Shown: piece by piece, positions 1-9,196 of the stretch
Layout of the letters: each line of letters opens with the position of its first letter
How positions within the stretch are numbered: the stretch's first letter is position 1
Assembly: GCA_036378435.1 (NCBI GenBank)
Contig: DASUWK010000070.1
Span: 2,340 to 66,339, forward strand
Direction of reading: 5' to 3'
Origin: Candidatus Dormiibacterota bacterium
GTDB taxonomy: Bacteria > Chloroflexota > Dormibacteria > Dormibacterales > Dormibacteraceae
DNA length: 64,000 bases
Notes under the pieces: model-generated
Databases searched by the model: none
Told to the model about the DNA's origin: nothing
Seen by the model: only the letters and a program-made list of their open reading frames with translations
Made by a program: the position numbers and the translations under genes

Positions 1-57
1 GCTGGGAGAACCGCAGACAGGCGGCGCGGGAGGCACTGCGATTGCTGCTGGCCACGC

Positions 58-86
58 TTGACGAACGAACAGGCGTTCGGTATGCT
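58..86 (+). promoter_or_regulatory. recA promoter with Cheo-type LexA operator
   Basis: TTGACG at 58-63, a 17-nt spacer, then TATGCT at 81-86. The spacer holds CGAACAGGCGTTCG (66-79), which fits GAAC-N4-GTTC. GAGGAGG at 165-171 precedes the ATG at 183. Confidence 0.75.
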
Positions 87-182
87 GACGCAGCCTCGGA
101 CGGAGGCACGCTGTAAAGAACCTTGACCACGCCGCAGCTCAGTAGAAGACTGGCCGAGATTTCCGAGGAGGGTTAGGACCGC

Positions 183-1229
183 ATGGAGAAGGAGAAGGCA
201 CTCAGCACTGCGATCACGCAAATTCACCGCAGCTTCGGCGAGGGGGCGATCATGCGGCTCGGTGAGCAGGCGGCTCAGCGCGAGGTGACGTCAATCCCCA
301 CCGGGGCGCTGCCGCTGGACCTGGCGCTGGGCGTGGGCGGCCTGCCCCGCGGCCGCGTGATCGAGATCTACGGACCCGAGTCGGCCGGCAAGACGACGGT
401 CGCGCTGCACGTGATCGCCGAGGCTCAGAAGCTGGGCGGCGTGGCGGCGTTCGTCGACGCCGAGCACGCGCTCGACCCGATCTACGCCTCGCGGATCGGA
501 GTCAACATCGACGACCTCCTGATCAGCCAGCCGGACACCGGTGAGCAGGCGCTCGAGATCGTCGAGGTGCTGGTGCGAAGCGGCGCGGTCGACGTCATCG
601 TCATCGACTCCGTTGCGGCCCTGGTGCCGAAGGCGGAGATCGAGGGCGAGATGGGTGACTCCCACGTCGGCCTGCAGGCGCGGCTGATGTCGCAAGCCCT
701 GCGCAAGCTGACCGCCGCGATCTCCAAGTCCAACTGCTGCGTGATCTTCCTGAACCAGCTGCGCGAGAAGGTCGGGATCATGTTCGGCAACCCGGAGACC
801 CAGCCGGGCGGCCGCGCGCTGAAGTTCTATGCCTCGGTGCGCCTGGACATTCGCAAGGTCGAGGTGATCAAGTCCGGCCTCGATTCGATCGGCGCGCGCG
901 TGAAGGTCAAGGTGGTGAAGAACAAGGTGGCGCCGCCTTTCCGTGCGGCCGAGTTCGACATCCTGTTCAACGAAGGCATCTCGCGCGAGGGCGCGCTGAT
1001 CGATGCCGCCGTGGAAGGCGGGATCATCGACAAGAGCGGGACCTGGCTCTCCTACGGCGACCTGCGGCTCGGGCAGGGCCGTGAGAACGTGCGCAACTAC
1101 CTGCGCGAGAATCCCACGCTCTCGGGCGAGATCGAATCCGCGGTGCGCAGCCGGGCTGCCGGCATCGCCGCGGCGGCGATCCGGGAGCGGACCGTGCCGG
1201 CTGTCGAGGTGGCCGCGAACGAAGAATGA
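183..1229 (+). CDS. recA: Recombinase RecA
   Basis: 348-aa ORF with the Walker A motif GPESAGKTT. The characteristic RecA sequence runs throughout ([53 protein letters not shown]). Confidence 0.98.
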   Translation: MEKEKALSTAITQIHRSFGEGAIMRLGEQAAQREVTSIPTGALPLDLALGVGGLPRGRVIEIYGPESAGKTTVALHVIAEAQKLGGVAAFVDAEHALDPIYASRIGVNIDDLLISQPDTGEQALEIVEVLVRSGAVDVIVIDSVAALVPKAEIEGEMGDSHVGLQARLMSQALRKLTAAISKSNCCVIFLNQLREKVGIMFGNPETQPGGRALKFYASVRLDIRKVEVIKSGLDSIGARVKVKVVKNKVAPPFRAAEFDILFNEGISREGALIDAAVEGGIIDKSGTWLSYGDLRLGQGRENVRNYLRENPTLSGEIESAVRSRAAGIAAAAIRERTVPAVEVAANEE

Positions 1230-1230
1230 C

Positions 1231-1671
1231 CTGGGGGCCTTCGACCGTAGTCTCCTGATCCTCGCCGGCCGGCCGCACTCGACCGCGGAGCTGCGCAGGA
1301 AGCTGCGCCAGAAGCGCCACGAAGCCGAGGAGATCGACGGGGCTCTGAGCCGGCTGGCCGAGCTTGGCTACCTCGACGACGCGGCCTTCGCGCGCTCCTT
1401 CGTGGATTGGCGCAAAGCCTCGCGCGGGCGGCGCGCGATGGCTTCGGAGCTGGCGGCTCGAGGCGTCCCGCGCGACGTCGCAAGCGCAGCCCTGGCTGAG
1501 CTCGACGGCGAGGCGGAGCTCGACGCGGCACGCCGGGCGGCGGGGCGCCTGAGCGCGACGGCCCGCGAGCTTGAGCTCGCCAGGGTCGCCGGGCGCCTTC
1601 GCCGCCGCGGCTTCGGCGAGTCGACGATCAGGTCCGTTCTCCGCGAGTTCGACCTCCCCGCCCGGGGCTAG
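1231..1671 (+). CDS. recX: Recombination regulator RecX (start codon uncertain)
   Basis: Sits directly after recA. RecX-like three-helix repeats are present (STAELRRKLRQK..., LGYLDDAAFARSFV..., SIRSVLREF). There is no ATG/GTG/TTG in frame between GTG 1081 (149 nt inside recA) and the conserved core. The coordinate given is the CTG at 1231, just after the recA stop. Confidence 0.75.
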   Translation: MGAFDRSLLILAGRPHSTAELRRKLRQKRHEAEEIDGALSRLAELGYLDDAAFARSFVDWRKASRGRRAMASELAARGVPRDVASAALAELDGEAELDAARRAAGRLSATARELELARVAGRLRRRGFGESTIRSVLREFDLPARG

Positions 1672-1777
1672 AATCCCTTGCGCGGGTAAAGAGACCCGCG
1701 ACATCTGATTAAGACCCGGCGGGGCCTGGCGAGTCCTGCCAGCACTTTGACAATCGAATACGCGAGGTGAACTCAAC

Positions 1778-3319
1778 ATGAACATCCCAACAGTCCTCGC
1801 AATCGTGGTGGTCGTGGCCATCCTCGCCGCCGGCATTGCTTATTTGCTGGCCTCGCGCTCGACAGCAGGGCGTGTGCAGGAAGAGAGGAGCGACGCGGAA
1901 CGGGAGGCGCAGCGGCGTCTCTCCGAGCAAGAGACCGCGGCCAAGGAACGATTGCTTGAAGCCAAGGAAGAGGCGGTTCGGATTCGCACCTCCGCCGAGG
2001 AGGAGGCGAGAACCGTCAGGCAGCAGGTTCAGCAGCTCGAGGGCAGGCTCATCCAGAAGGAGGAGAACCTCGAGCGACGCTCCGATGACCTCAGCCGGCG
2101 TGAACAGTCGCTCGGCGACAAGGAGCGCAACCTCGAAGAGATGCGCGCGCAGCTGGAGGAGACGCACAGGCAGCAGCTGCGTGAGCTCGAAAGGGTTGCC
2201 GGAATGACGCGCCAGGAGGCCCACTCGCTGCTGCTCGAAACCGTGGAACAGGAGCTGCAGCAGGAGGTCGCGCGCAAGGTGCGGGACGCGGAGCTGGCCG
2301 CTCGCGACGAAAGCGAGCGCCGGGCGCGCGTGATCGTCACCGAAGCGCTGCAGCGCATCGCCGCAGACCAGACAGCCGAGATCTCCGTCTCGGTGCTGCC
2401 GCTGCCCAACGACGAGATCAAGGGCCGGATCATCGGCCGCGAAGGGCGCAACATCCGCGCTCTACAGCAGGCGACCGGCATCGACATCATCGTCGACGAC
2501 ACCCCCGAGGCCGTGATCATCAGCGGCTTCGACCCGGTCCGGCGCGAAGTTGCCCGGACCGCCCTGAACAAGCTCATCGTCGACGGCCGGATTCATCCCG
2601 GCCGCATCGAGGAGACCGTCTCCAAGGCTCGCCAGGAGGTGCTCCAGCGGGTCAAGGAGGAAGGCGAGGCCGCAGTCCTCGAAGTGGGGCTGCAGGGGCT
2701 TCACCCGGAGGTCGTGCGCCACATGGGCATCCTCCGGTTCCGCACCAGCTATGGGCAGCAGGTGCTCGGGCACTCGAAGGAGGTCGCGTATCTCGCGCGC
2801 ATGATGGCGCACGAGATCGGCGCCGACGTCAGGATCGCCACCATGGCCGGCTTCCTGCACGACATCGGCAAGGCCATCGACCACGAGGTCGAGGGCTCCC
2901 ACGCGGTCATCGGAGCTGACCTCCTCCAGCGGAACGGGGTGCCCGCCCCGGTGGTTCACGCCGTGCGTGCCCACCACTACGACGAGGAGCCGCAAACGGT
3001 GGAGGCGCTGCTGCTGATCGCGGCTGACGCCATCTCCGCGGCGCGACCCGGCGCCCGCCGGGAGACGCTGGAGGCGTACATCAAGCGGCTGGAGAAGCTG
3101 GAGGAGATCGCCAACTCCTTCCAGGGAGTCCAGCAGTCGTACGCGATCCAGGCCGGCCGAGAGGTGCGCATCATCGTGAAGCCGGAGCAGATCGATGACG
3201 CCAACGCCCAGCTCATGGCCCGCGACATCGCCAAGCGAATCGAGGGCGAGCTGAGCTACCCGGGGCAGATCCGGGTGACAGTCGTCCGCGAGACTCGCGC
3301 GGTCGAGTACGCCAGATAG
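1778..3319 (+). CDS. rny: Ribonuclease Y
   Basis: 513 aa. Has an N-terminal TM helix, a long Glu/Arg/Lys coiled coil, a KH region ([46 protein letters not shown]) and an HD domain ([13 protein letters not shown]). Confidence 0.95.
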   Translation: MNIPTVLAIVVVVAILAAGIAYLLASRSTAGRVQEERSDAEREAQRRLSEQETAAKERLLEAKEEAVRIRTSAEEEARTVRQQVQQLEGRLIQKEENLERRSDDLSRREQSLGDKERNLEEMRAQLEETHRQQLRELERVAGMTRQEAHSLLLETVEQELQQEVARKVRDAELAARDESERRARVIVTEALQRIAADQTAEISVSVLPLPNDEIKGRIIGREGRNIRALQQATGIDIIVDDTPEAVIISGFDPVRREVARTALNKLIVDGRIHPGRIEETVSKARQEVLQRVKEEGEAAVLEVGLQGLHPEVVRHMGILRFRTSYGQQVLGHSKEVAYLARMMAHEIGADVRIATMAGFLHDIGKAIDHEVEGSHAVIGADLLQRNGVPAPVVHAVRAHHYDEEPQTVEALLLIAADAISAARPGARRETLEAYIKRLEKLEEIANSFQGVQQSYAIQAGREVRIIVKPEQIDDANAQLMARDIAKRIEGELSYPGQIRVTVVRETRAVEYAR

Positions 3320-3331
3320 ATAAAGCAGAGG

Positions 3332-3361
3332 GGCCCCCGCTCGGCGGGGGCCTTTTCTTTT
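3332..3361 (+). terminator. Rho-independent terminator after rny
   Basis: Perfect 9-bp GC stem: GGCCCCCGC (3332-3340), loop TCG, GCGGGGGCC (3344-3352). It is followed by TTTTCTTTT. Confidence 0.8.
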
Positions 3362-3374
3362 ACCCTCGGCTCGC

Positions 3375-4280
3375 ATGGACCCCGTCCTCGCCCTCTTTCG
3401 ACGCAACGCCTGGGCCACAGAGCAGCTGCTCGGGTTCTGCGCCGCGCAGCCTCCGGAAGTGCTGCAGCGCGCCGATCCGGACGTGTACGGGAGCATCGAG
3501 GCGACCTTCAACCACATCGTGTCGGCGGAGCAGCGCTACCTGAGCCGGCTGGACGGGGCTGAGCCGACGCTTCGGGATCGCGGGCCGCTGTCGGTGGCCG
3601 AGCTCGGGGGACCGGCACGGGACTGCGCCGCCCGCTGGGAGGCGCTGCTCGCGGCGCCGTTGCAGCCGGAGCGAGAGCGGGAGCACCAGGGCCAGGGCGG
3701 GGAGCGGTTCCGCCTGGCCGACTGGCACGGGTTCGTCCAGGTGGTCCACCACGGCGACGATCACCGGACCCAGGTCAATACCCTCCTCAGCCGCCAGGGC
3801 GTCGAGCCGCCAAACCTCGACGGTTGGGCCTTCGGCGACCTGGCGCATGCATCGAGTGAGATCAGCGAGGGCGCTCGGCAGCTGCTGCCGTACTTCGTCG
3901 GTCACCATCTGTGGGCCACGAGCCGGCTGATGAGCTGGGCGGTCCGGCTGGAGGATGAGCAGGCTCAGCTCACGGCGCCAGGAACGTACGGAACCCTGGA
4001 GAAGACACTCGAGCACCTGGTCTTCTCGGACCACACGTATCTGGGATGGCTCGAACAGCAGGACTGGAGGACGTGCCTGAGCGCGGGGATGGACTGGGAA
4101 GCTCAGATCGGGGATGACCGGGGCCGGTCACCGGCCTGGGCGGTCGCGCTGCAGGCGATCCACCACGGGAACGACCACCGCACCCATGCCGGCACGGTCG
4201 CGCTCGCTAACGACCTGAAGGCGCCGGACCTCGACGTCTGGTCATATGCCGCTGCCGAGGGCGGCTACTCCGAGCTCTAG
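3375..4280 (+). CDS. DinB-family protein with two tandem DinB-like four-helix-bundle halves
   Basis: 301 aa. Each half starts with an N..WA(T) motif (RRNAWATEQLL; VGHHLWATSRLM). Each half ends with a metal-ligand-like HHG(D/N)DHR motif (HHGDDHRTQV; HHGNDHRTHA). Confidence 0.7.
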   Translation: MDPVLALFRRNAWATEQLLGFCAAQPPEVLQRADPDVYGSIEATFNHIVSAEQRYLSRLDGAEPTLRDRGPLSVAELGGPARDCAARWEALLAAPLQPEREREHQGQGGERFRLADWHGFVQVVHHGDDHRTQVNTLLSRQGVEPPNLDGWAFGDLAHASSEISEGARQLLPYFVGHHLWATSRLMSWAVRLEDEQAQLTAPGTYGTLEKTLEHLVFSDHTYLGWLEQQDWRTCLSAGMDWEAQIGDDRGRSPAWAVALQAIHHGNDHRTHAGTVALANDLKAPDLDVWSYAAAEGGYSEL

Positions 4281-4303
4281 ACCGGCCTGGTTAACTAACT
4301 TCC

Positions 4304-5095
4304 GTGGCGGGCGACGAGCTGAAAATCCTGTTCGTCGCGGACGTCGTCGGCCGTCCTGGTCGGGAGGCGGTGCGGGCGCTCTTGCCGGGTCTGAAGGCCG
4401 AGCTGGGCGTCGATCTCAGCATCGTCAACGGTGAGAACTCGGCCGCCGGCTTCGGGCTAACGGCCAAGCTCTGCCAGGACCTCTTCCAGGCCGGCGCCGA
4501 CGTCATCACCACCGGCAACCACGTCTTCGACCAGCGCGAGTTCGTCAACGAGCTCCCGGAGCTGCAGAAAGTGGTGCGCCCCGCGAACCTGCCGCCGGGG
4601 GCGCCCGGCGTCGGCTACAGCCGCGTCCAAGCCGGCGGCCAGGCGGTCCTGGTGCTGCAGCTGATGGGCCGTCTGTACATGCAGGACATCGACGACCCGT
4701 TCCGTGCCGCCGACGCTCTGCTGCTCGAGCACCCTGATGTGAAGGTGGTCTTCGTCGACATGCACGCCGAGGCCACCAGCGAGAAGCAGGCGATGGGGTG
4801 GTACCTCGACGGGCGGGTGAGTGCTGTCGTCGGCACTCACACTCACGTGCCGACGGCCGACGCGCGAATCCTGACGGAGGGCACCGCGTTCTGTACGGAC
4901 GTGGGCATGGTCGGTCCCCGTGACGGCGTCATCGGGATGGACAAAGAGAACATCCTCAGGCGCTTTCTGACCTCTGTTCCGCACCGTTTTGAGGTGGCCG
5001 CCGGTCCGGTGACATTCAACTCGGTTCTGATTACCATTGACAGCCTCACCGGACGCGCCACATCGATCCAGCGCATCGACAGAGAACGAACTTGA
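4304..5095 (+). CDS. ymdB: YmdB-like metallophosphoesterase (2',3'-cyclic-nucleotide phosphodiesterase family, TIGR00282 type)
   Basis: GTG start. N-terminus reads LKILFVADVVGRPGREAV...IVNGENSAAGFGLT, with GNHVFD and DMHAEATSEK motifs. Synteny rny-ymdB-spoVS matches Bacillus. Confidence 0.85.
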   Translation: MAGDELKILFVADVVGRPGREAVRALLPGLKAELGVDLSIVNGENSAAGFGLTAKLCQDLFQAGADVITTGNHVFDQREFVNELPELQKVVRPANLPPGAPGVGYSRVQAGGQAVLVLQLMGRLYMQDIDDPFRAADALLLEHPDVKVVFVDMHAEATSEKQAMGWYLDGRVSAVVGTHTHVPTADARILTEGTAFCTDVGMVGPRDGVIGMDKENILRRFLTSVPHRFEVAAGPVTFNSVLITIDSLTGRATSIQRIDRERT

Positions 5096-5109
5096 CGGGG
5101 GTTGCAGCT

Positions 5110-5394
5110 ATGACGGGGGAGGGACGTCCGCCGGTGGAGGTGCTGAAGGTGTCAGCCACTTCGAAGCCGGTGGCGGTGGCCGGTGCGATCGCGGGAGTGA
5201 TTCGCAGCCAGGGCAAGGTGGAGGTACAGGCGATAGGCGCCGGTGCGATCAACCAGGCGGTCAAAGCCATCGCCATCTCACGCGGTTACGTGGCGCCGGG
5301 CGGCATGGACTTGGTTTGCGCGCCGTCCTTCATCGACATCTCGATCGATGGGGAGGAGCGGACGGGCATCAGGCTTCTCGTGGAGGTCCGCTAA
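5110..5394 (+). CDS. spoVS: Stage V sporulation protein S-like protein
   Basis: LKVSATSKPVAVAGAIAGVIRSQGKVEVQAIGAGAINQAVKAIAISRGY is a typical SpoVS sequence. ATG 5110 was chosen over the upstream TTG 5092. Confidence 0.9.
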   Translation: MTGEGRPPVEVLKVSATSKPVAVAGAIAGVIRSQGKVEVQAIGAGAINQAVKAIAISRGYVAPGGMDLVCAPSFIDISIDGEERTGIRLLVEVR

Positions 5395-5459
5395 CTCACC
5401 CCACGAAATCTTCGATTTCGCGGGGGCCCCGATCCGCCGACCTAGGTAAGCTGCCTCAG

Positions 5460-6725
5460 GTGACCGCCTCTCGGTCCTTCCATATCTGGACGATCGGCTG
5501 CCAGATGAACCTGGCCGACTCGGAGAACCTGTCGCGGCGCCTGCTTGCGGCCGGTTATCGAGAGGAGCCTGAGCTCGAGCGGGCCGACGTGGCGGTGCTC
5601 AACACCTGTGTGATCCGCCAGGCCTCCGAGGACAAGGTCTACTCAAAGCTCCACGAGCTGCGCGATTGGAAGACGGCTGAGCGCACGATCGCGCTGACCG
5701 GCTGCCTGGTCGGCAAGGAAGGGGAACGCCTGCGCAAGCGATTCCCACATCTCGACCACGTGGTCGCGATAGGCGACTACGAGGCATTCGTCGCCGAGCT
5801 TGACGAGCGCTACGACTGGTCTTTAGGCGAAGCCCTCCCGGTCGCCGGGCGGACGGGGATCAGCCACTTCGTGAACGTGATCCTCGGCTGCAACCACAAC
5901 TGCACGTTCTGCATCGTGCCTCAGGTTCGTGGGCGTGAGCGAAGCGTGCCGCTGGCCGATGTTGTCGCCGAATGTGCCGCCGCGGTTAGAGATGGCGCGC
6001 GCGAGGTTGTGCTGCTCGGTCAGAACGTGGACGCATACAGCGACCCGGCCGGCAGCGGCGGCCTGGCCGCTCTCGTGGCGGCCGTCGAGCGCATCGACGG
6101 CGTGCGCCGCGTCCGGTTCCTGACGTCACACCCGCGCGATCTCGAGCCGCGGCTGCTCGACGTCATGGCCTCCAGCGGCACCGTCTGCCGCGAGCTGCAG
6201 CTGCCGATCCAGTCCGGGGACGACCGCATGCTCAAGCGCATGGCGCGCGGGTACATGACGCGCGATTACCTGGCGATCATCGAGCGCGCGCGGCGGTTGA
6301 TGCCGGACCTCGGCATCGCGACCGATGTCATCGTGGGTTTCCCAGGCGAAACAGCCGAGATGTACGAGTCGACGCGACGGCTGATGGAGGACGTCCGGTT
6401 CGACGTCGTGCACCTCGCCATGTATTCGCCGCGGCCCGGCACCTACGCCGGAGACCGGCTCGAGGATGACGTGACGCCGGACGAGAAGCGCCGGCGTCTC
6501 AACGAGCTGCTCGAGATCCAACGCGGCATCGCGGCCGAGAAGACGCAGGCCTGGGTCGGCCGCGACGTCGAGGTCCTGATCGAAGGGCGCGACGAGCTCG
6601 GGCGTCCCTACGGACGCAACCGCCAGGGCAAGCGCGTCATCTTGCAGAGGAAGAAAGCCGAGCCCGGCGAGCTCCTCCAGGGGAGGGTGCTGCAGGCGAC
6701 CGCGGCACAGCTGTTGGCCGCGTGA
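5460..6725 (+). CDS. miaB: tRNA-2-methylthio-N6-dimethylallyladenosine synthase MiaB (radical SAM methylthiotransferase)
   Basis: Start taken at GTG 5460. UPF0004 N-domain (FHIWTIGCQMNLADSE), radical-SAM CNHNCTFCIVP motif and a TRAM C-terminus. The listed 562-aa ORF has a Gly/Arg-rich non-coding-looking N-extension that overlaps spoVS. Confidence 0.9.
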   Translation: MTASRSFHIWTIGCQMNLADSENLSRRLLAAGYREEPELERADVAVLNTCVIRQASEDKVYSKLHELRDWKTAERTIALTGCLVGKEGERLRKRFPHLDHVVAIGDYEAFVAELDERYDWSLGEALPVAGRTGISHFVNVILGCNHNCTFCIVPQVRGRERSVPLADVVAECAAAVRDGAREVVLLGQNVDAYSDPAGSGGLAALVAAVERIDGVRRVRFLTSHPRDLEPRLLDVMASSGTVCRELQLPIQSGDDRMLKRMARGYMTRDYLAIIERARRLMPDLGIATDVIVGFPGETAEMYESTRRLMEDVRFDVVHLAMYSPRPGTYAGDRLEDDVTPDEKRRRLNELLEIQRGIAAEKTQAWVGRDVEVLIEGRDELGRPYGRNRQGKRVILQRKKAEPGELLQGRVLQATAAQLLAA

Positions 6726-9196
6726 CGGCTGAGACCCCGGTACTGAAGCAGTACCGCGAGGTCAAGGACCGCCACCCTGAGTCCCTCGTCCTGTTCCGTC
6801 TCGGCGACTTCTTCGAGCTCTTCTTCGAAGACGCCGAGCGCGCCGCCCCGATCCTGGGGGTGACACTCACCTCGCGCCCGCTCGGGCGCTCCGGTCGCGC
6901 CCCGATGTGCGGCGTGCCGCACCACGCGTGGCGCAGCTATGTGGGGAAGCTGCTCCGCGCCGGCCTGAGCGTCGTGATCTGCGACCAGCTCGAAGCCTCG
7001 ACGGGTAAGGGGATCGTGCGCCGCGACGTGACGCGCGTGCTCACGCCGGGCACCGTGGTCGAGGACGAATATCTCGACGCGGGCGAAGCCAACTGGCTCG
7101 TCGCCGCCTGGGAAAAGGGCCGGGAGGCGGGTCTCGCCGCCTGTGATGTCTCGACGGGCGAGCTCCTGCTCTGCCAGCTGCCAAGGGAGCGCCTGCAGGC
7201 GGAGCTTGAACGCCTGCGGCCGGCCGAGCTGCTCATGCCGCCGGAGGTCGAGCTGTACCGGTTCGATCCCGAGCGCGGCAAGCATCGACTGCGGGACCGG
7301 CTCGGGATCGCGCAGCCCGCGTCGATCGGAGCCACGGAGGCGCCGCTCGCATTGGGCGCCGCGGGCGTCGTCGTCGAACACCTGGAGCGCAGCCAGGTGA
7401 GGCTCGAGCCGGGCCTCTTCCGGGTCCGCACCTACTGGCCGGGAAGCGCCATGGAGCTCGACGCGGCCACCGTTCGGAACCTCGAACTGCCCGCGTTCGT
7501 GAAGCTGATCGACCGGACCGCCACCGCAGCGGGGCTGCGACAGCTGAGAGCCTGGCTCTCCGCGCCGCTGCGCGACGTCGAGACGATCGGCCTGCGACTG
7601 GCCGCGGTCGAAGAGCTCTCCGAGGCCGGCGCCACCCGAAGCCGCCTCCGCGATGCGATCGCTGCAGCGGGTGACCTCGAGCGGCTGCTCTCCCGCGCAG
7701 CCCAAGGCCATGCCGGCCCGCGCGGGCTGGTCGCGCTGCGCACGGCGCTGGACTCGCTGCCGGCCCTGCAAGACGCCGCGGGCGCCCTCGAATCTCTGCA
7801 GCTGCGAACGCTCGCCTCTCACCTGCGCGCCGACGGCCACCTCGCCGAGCGACTGCGCGCAGCGCTGGTCGACGAGCCGCCGGCTCGCGCTGAAGAGGGC
7901 GGCGCCATCCGCGCGGGGTTCGATCCCGAGCTGGACCGGATCCGGGAGGCTTCGCGTTCCGCTCGGGAGTGGATCGCCGAGCTCGAGTCTCGCGAAAGGG
8001 AGCGGACGGGGATTCGCTCCTTGAAGGTCGGTTTCAACCGCGTCTTCGGCTACTACATCGAGGTCGGCCACGGCTACCGCGGCGATGTTCCCGCCGACTA
8101 CGTTCGCAAACAGACGCTGACCGGCGCCGAGCGCTACTTGACGCCCGAGCTGAAGGAGCGCGAGACCGTGGTCCTCAACGCGCAGCAGGACATCGTCGCG
8201 CGGGAACATGAGATCGTCCGCGAGCTGAGCGACGCCGTCGCCGGCGCTGCGGGTCCGCTGCTCGAATCGGCCCGCGCCGCCGCGGAGCTGGATGCGCTGC
8301 AGAGCCTGGCCACCGCCGCCCGGGAGCTCGACTGGCACCGGCCTGAGGTGGACGCCGGCGGGCTGCTCGAGATCGAGGCCGGCCGCCACCCGCTGGTCGA
8401 AGCGGCGCTGCCGGCCGGCAGTTTCGTTCCCAACGACCTCACTCTGGACACGGGCGGCCCGCAGGTCATCGTGCTGACGGGCCCGAACATGGCCGGCAAG
8501 TCGACCTATCTGCGGCAGGCCGCGCTGATCGTGCTCCTGGCGCAGTGCGGCAGCTTCGTGCCGGCGGGGCGGGCCAGGATCGGCGTCGCCGACCGCATCT
8601 TCACGCGCGTCGGCGCCCACGACGACCTGGTGGCCGGCATGTCGACATTCATGGTCGAGATGGCCGAGACGGCGAACATCCTCGCGCACGCCACCGGCGC
8701 CTCGATCGTGGTCTTCGACGAGGTGGGGAGGGGCACGTCGACTTACGACGGCGTCTCGATCGCCCAGGCCGTCGTGGAGCACATCCACGATCGCGTGGGC
8801 TGCCGCACGCTCTTCGCCACCCACTACCACGAGCTGACTGCGCTGGCCGACCGGCTGCCGCGCGTGGAGAACCACCGCGTCGACGTGCTCGAGGAGGGCA
8901 GCGATGTGCGCTTTCTCCACCATGTCGTCCCGGGCGGCGCCGATCGTTCCTACGGCATCCACGTGGCGGCTCTCGCCGGCCTGCCCACGCCGGTCGTCGC
9001 GCGCGCGCGCCAGGTGCTTGAAGAGCTCGAACGGCAGCGGCCGCTCGAGCCGCCGGAGCAGCAGCTCGGACTGCCGCTCGCGCCGGCCGCCGATCCGCTG
9101 CGCAAGGAGCTCGAAGAGCTCCAGCTCGATCACCTGAGCCCGATCGAGGCGCTTCAGAAGCTCTATGAGCTTCGCACTCGGGCTGCGAACCCGTGA
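6722..9196 (+). CDS. mutS: DNA mismatch repair protein MutS
   Basis: 824 aa. N-terminus TPVLKQYREVKDRHPESLVLFRLGDFFELFFEDA, Walker A GPNMAGKSTYLRQ, and STFMVEMAETA. The GTG start overlaps the miaB stop (GTGA). Confidence 0.97.
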   Translation: MTAETPVLKQYREVKDRHPESLVLFRLGDFFELFFEDAERAAPILGVTLTSRPLGRSGRAPMCGVPHHAWRSYVGKLLRAGLSVVICDQLEASTGKGIVRRDVTRVLTPGTVVEDEYLDAGEANWLVAAWEKGREAGLAACDVSTGELLLCQLPRERLQAELERLRPAELLMPPEVELYRFDPERGKHRLRDRLGIAQPASIGATEAPLALGAAGVVVEHLERSQVRLEPGLFRVRTYWPGSAMELDAATVRNLELPAFVKLIDRTATAAGLRQLRAWLSAPLRDVETIGLRLAAVEELSEAGATRSRLRDAIAAAGDLERLLSRAAQGHAGPRGLVALRTALDSLPALQDAAGALESLQLRTLASHLRADGHLAERLRAALVDEPPARAEEGGAIRAGFDPELDRIREASRSAREWIAELESRERERTGIRSLKVGFNRVFGYYIEVGHGYRGDVPADYVRKQTLTGAERYLTPELKERETVVLNAQQDIVAREHEIVRELSDAVAGAAGPLLESARAAAELDALQSLATAARELDWHRPEVDAGGLLEIEAGRHPLVEAALPAGSFVPNDLTLDTGGPQVIVLTGPNMAGKSTYLRQAALIVLLAQCGSFVPAGRARIGVADRIFTRVGAHDDLVAGMSTFMVEMAETANILAHATGASIVVFDEVGRGTSTYDGVSIAQAVVEHIHDRVGCRTLFATHYHELTALADRLPRVENHRVDVLEEGSDVRFLHHVVPGGADRSYGIHVAALAGLPTPVVARARQVLEELERQRPLEPPEQQLGLPLAPAADPLRKELEELQLDHLSPIEALQKLYELRTRAANP

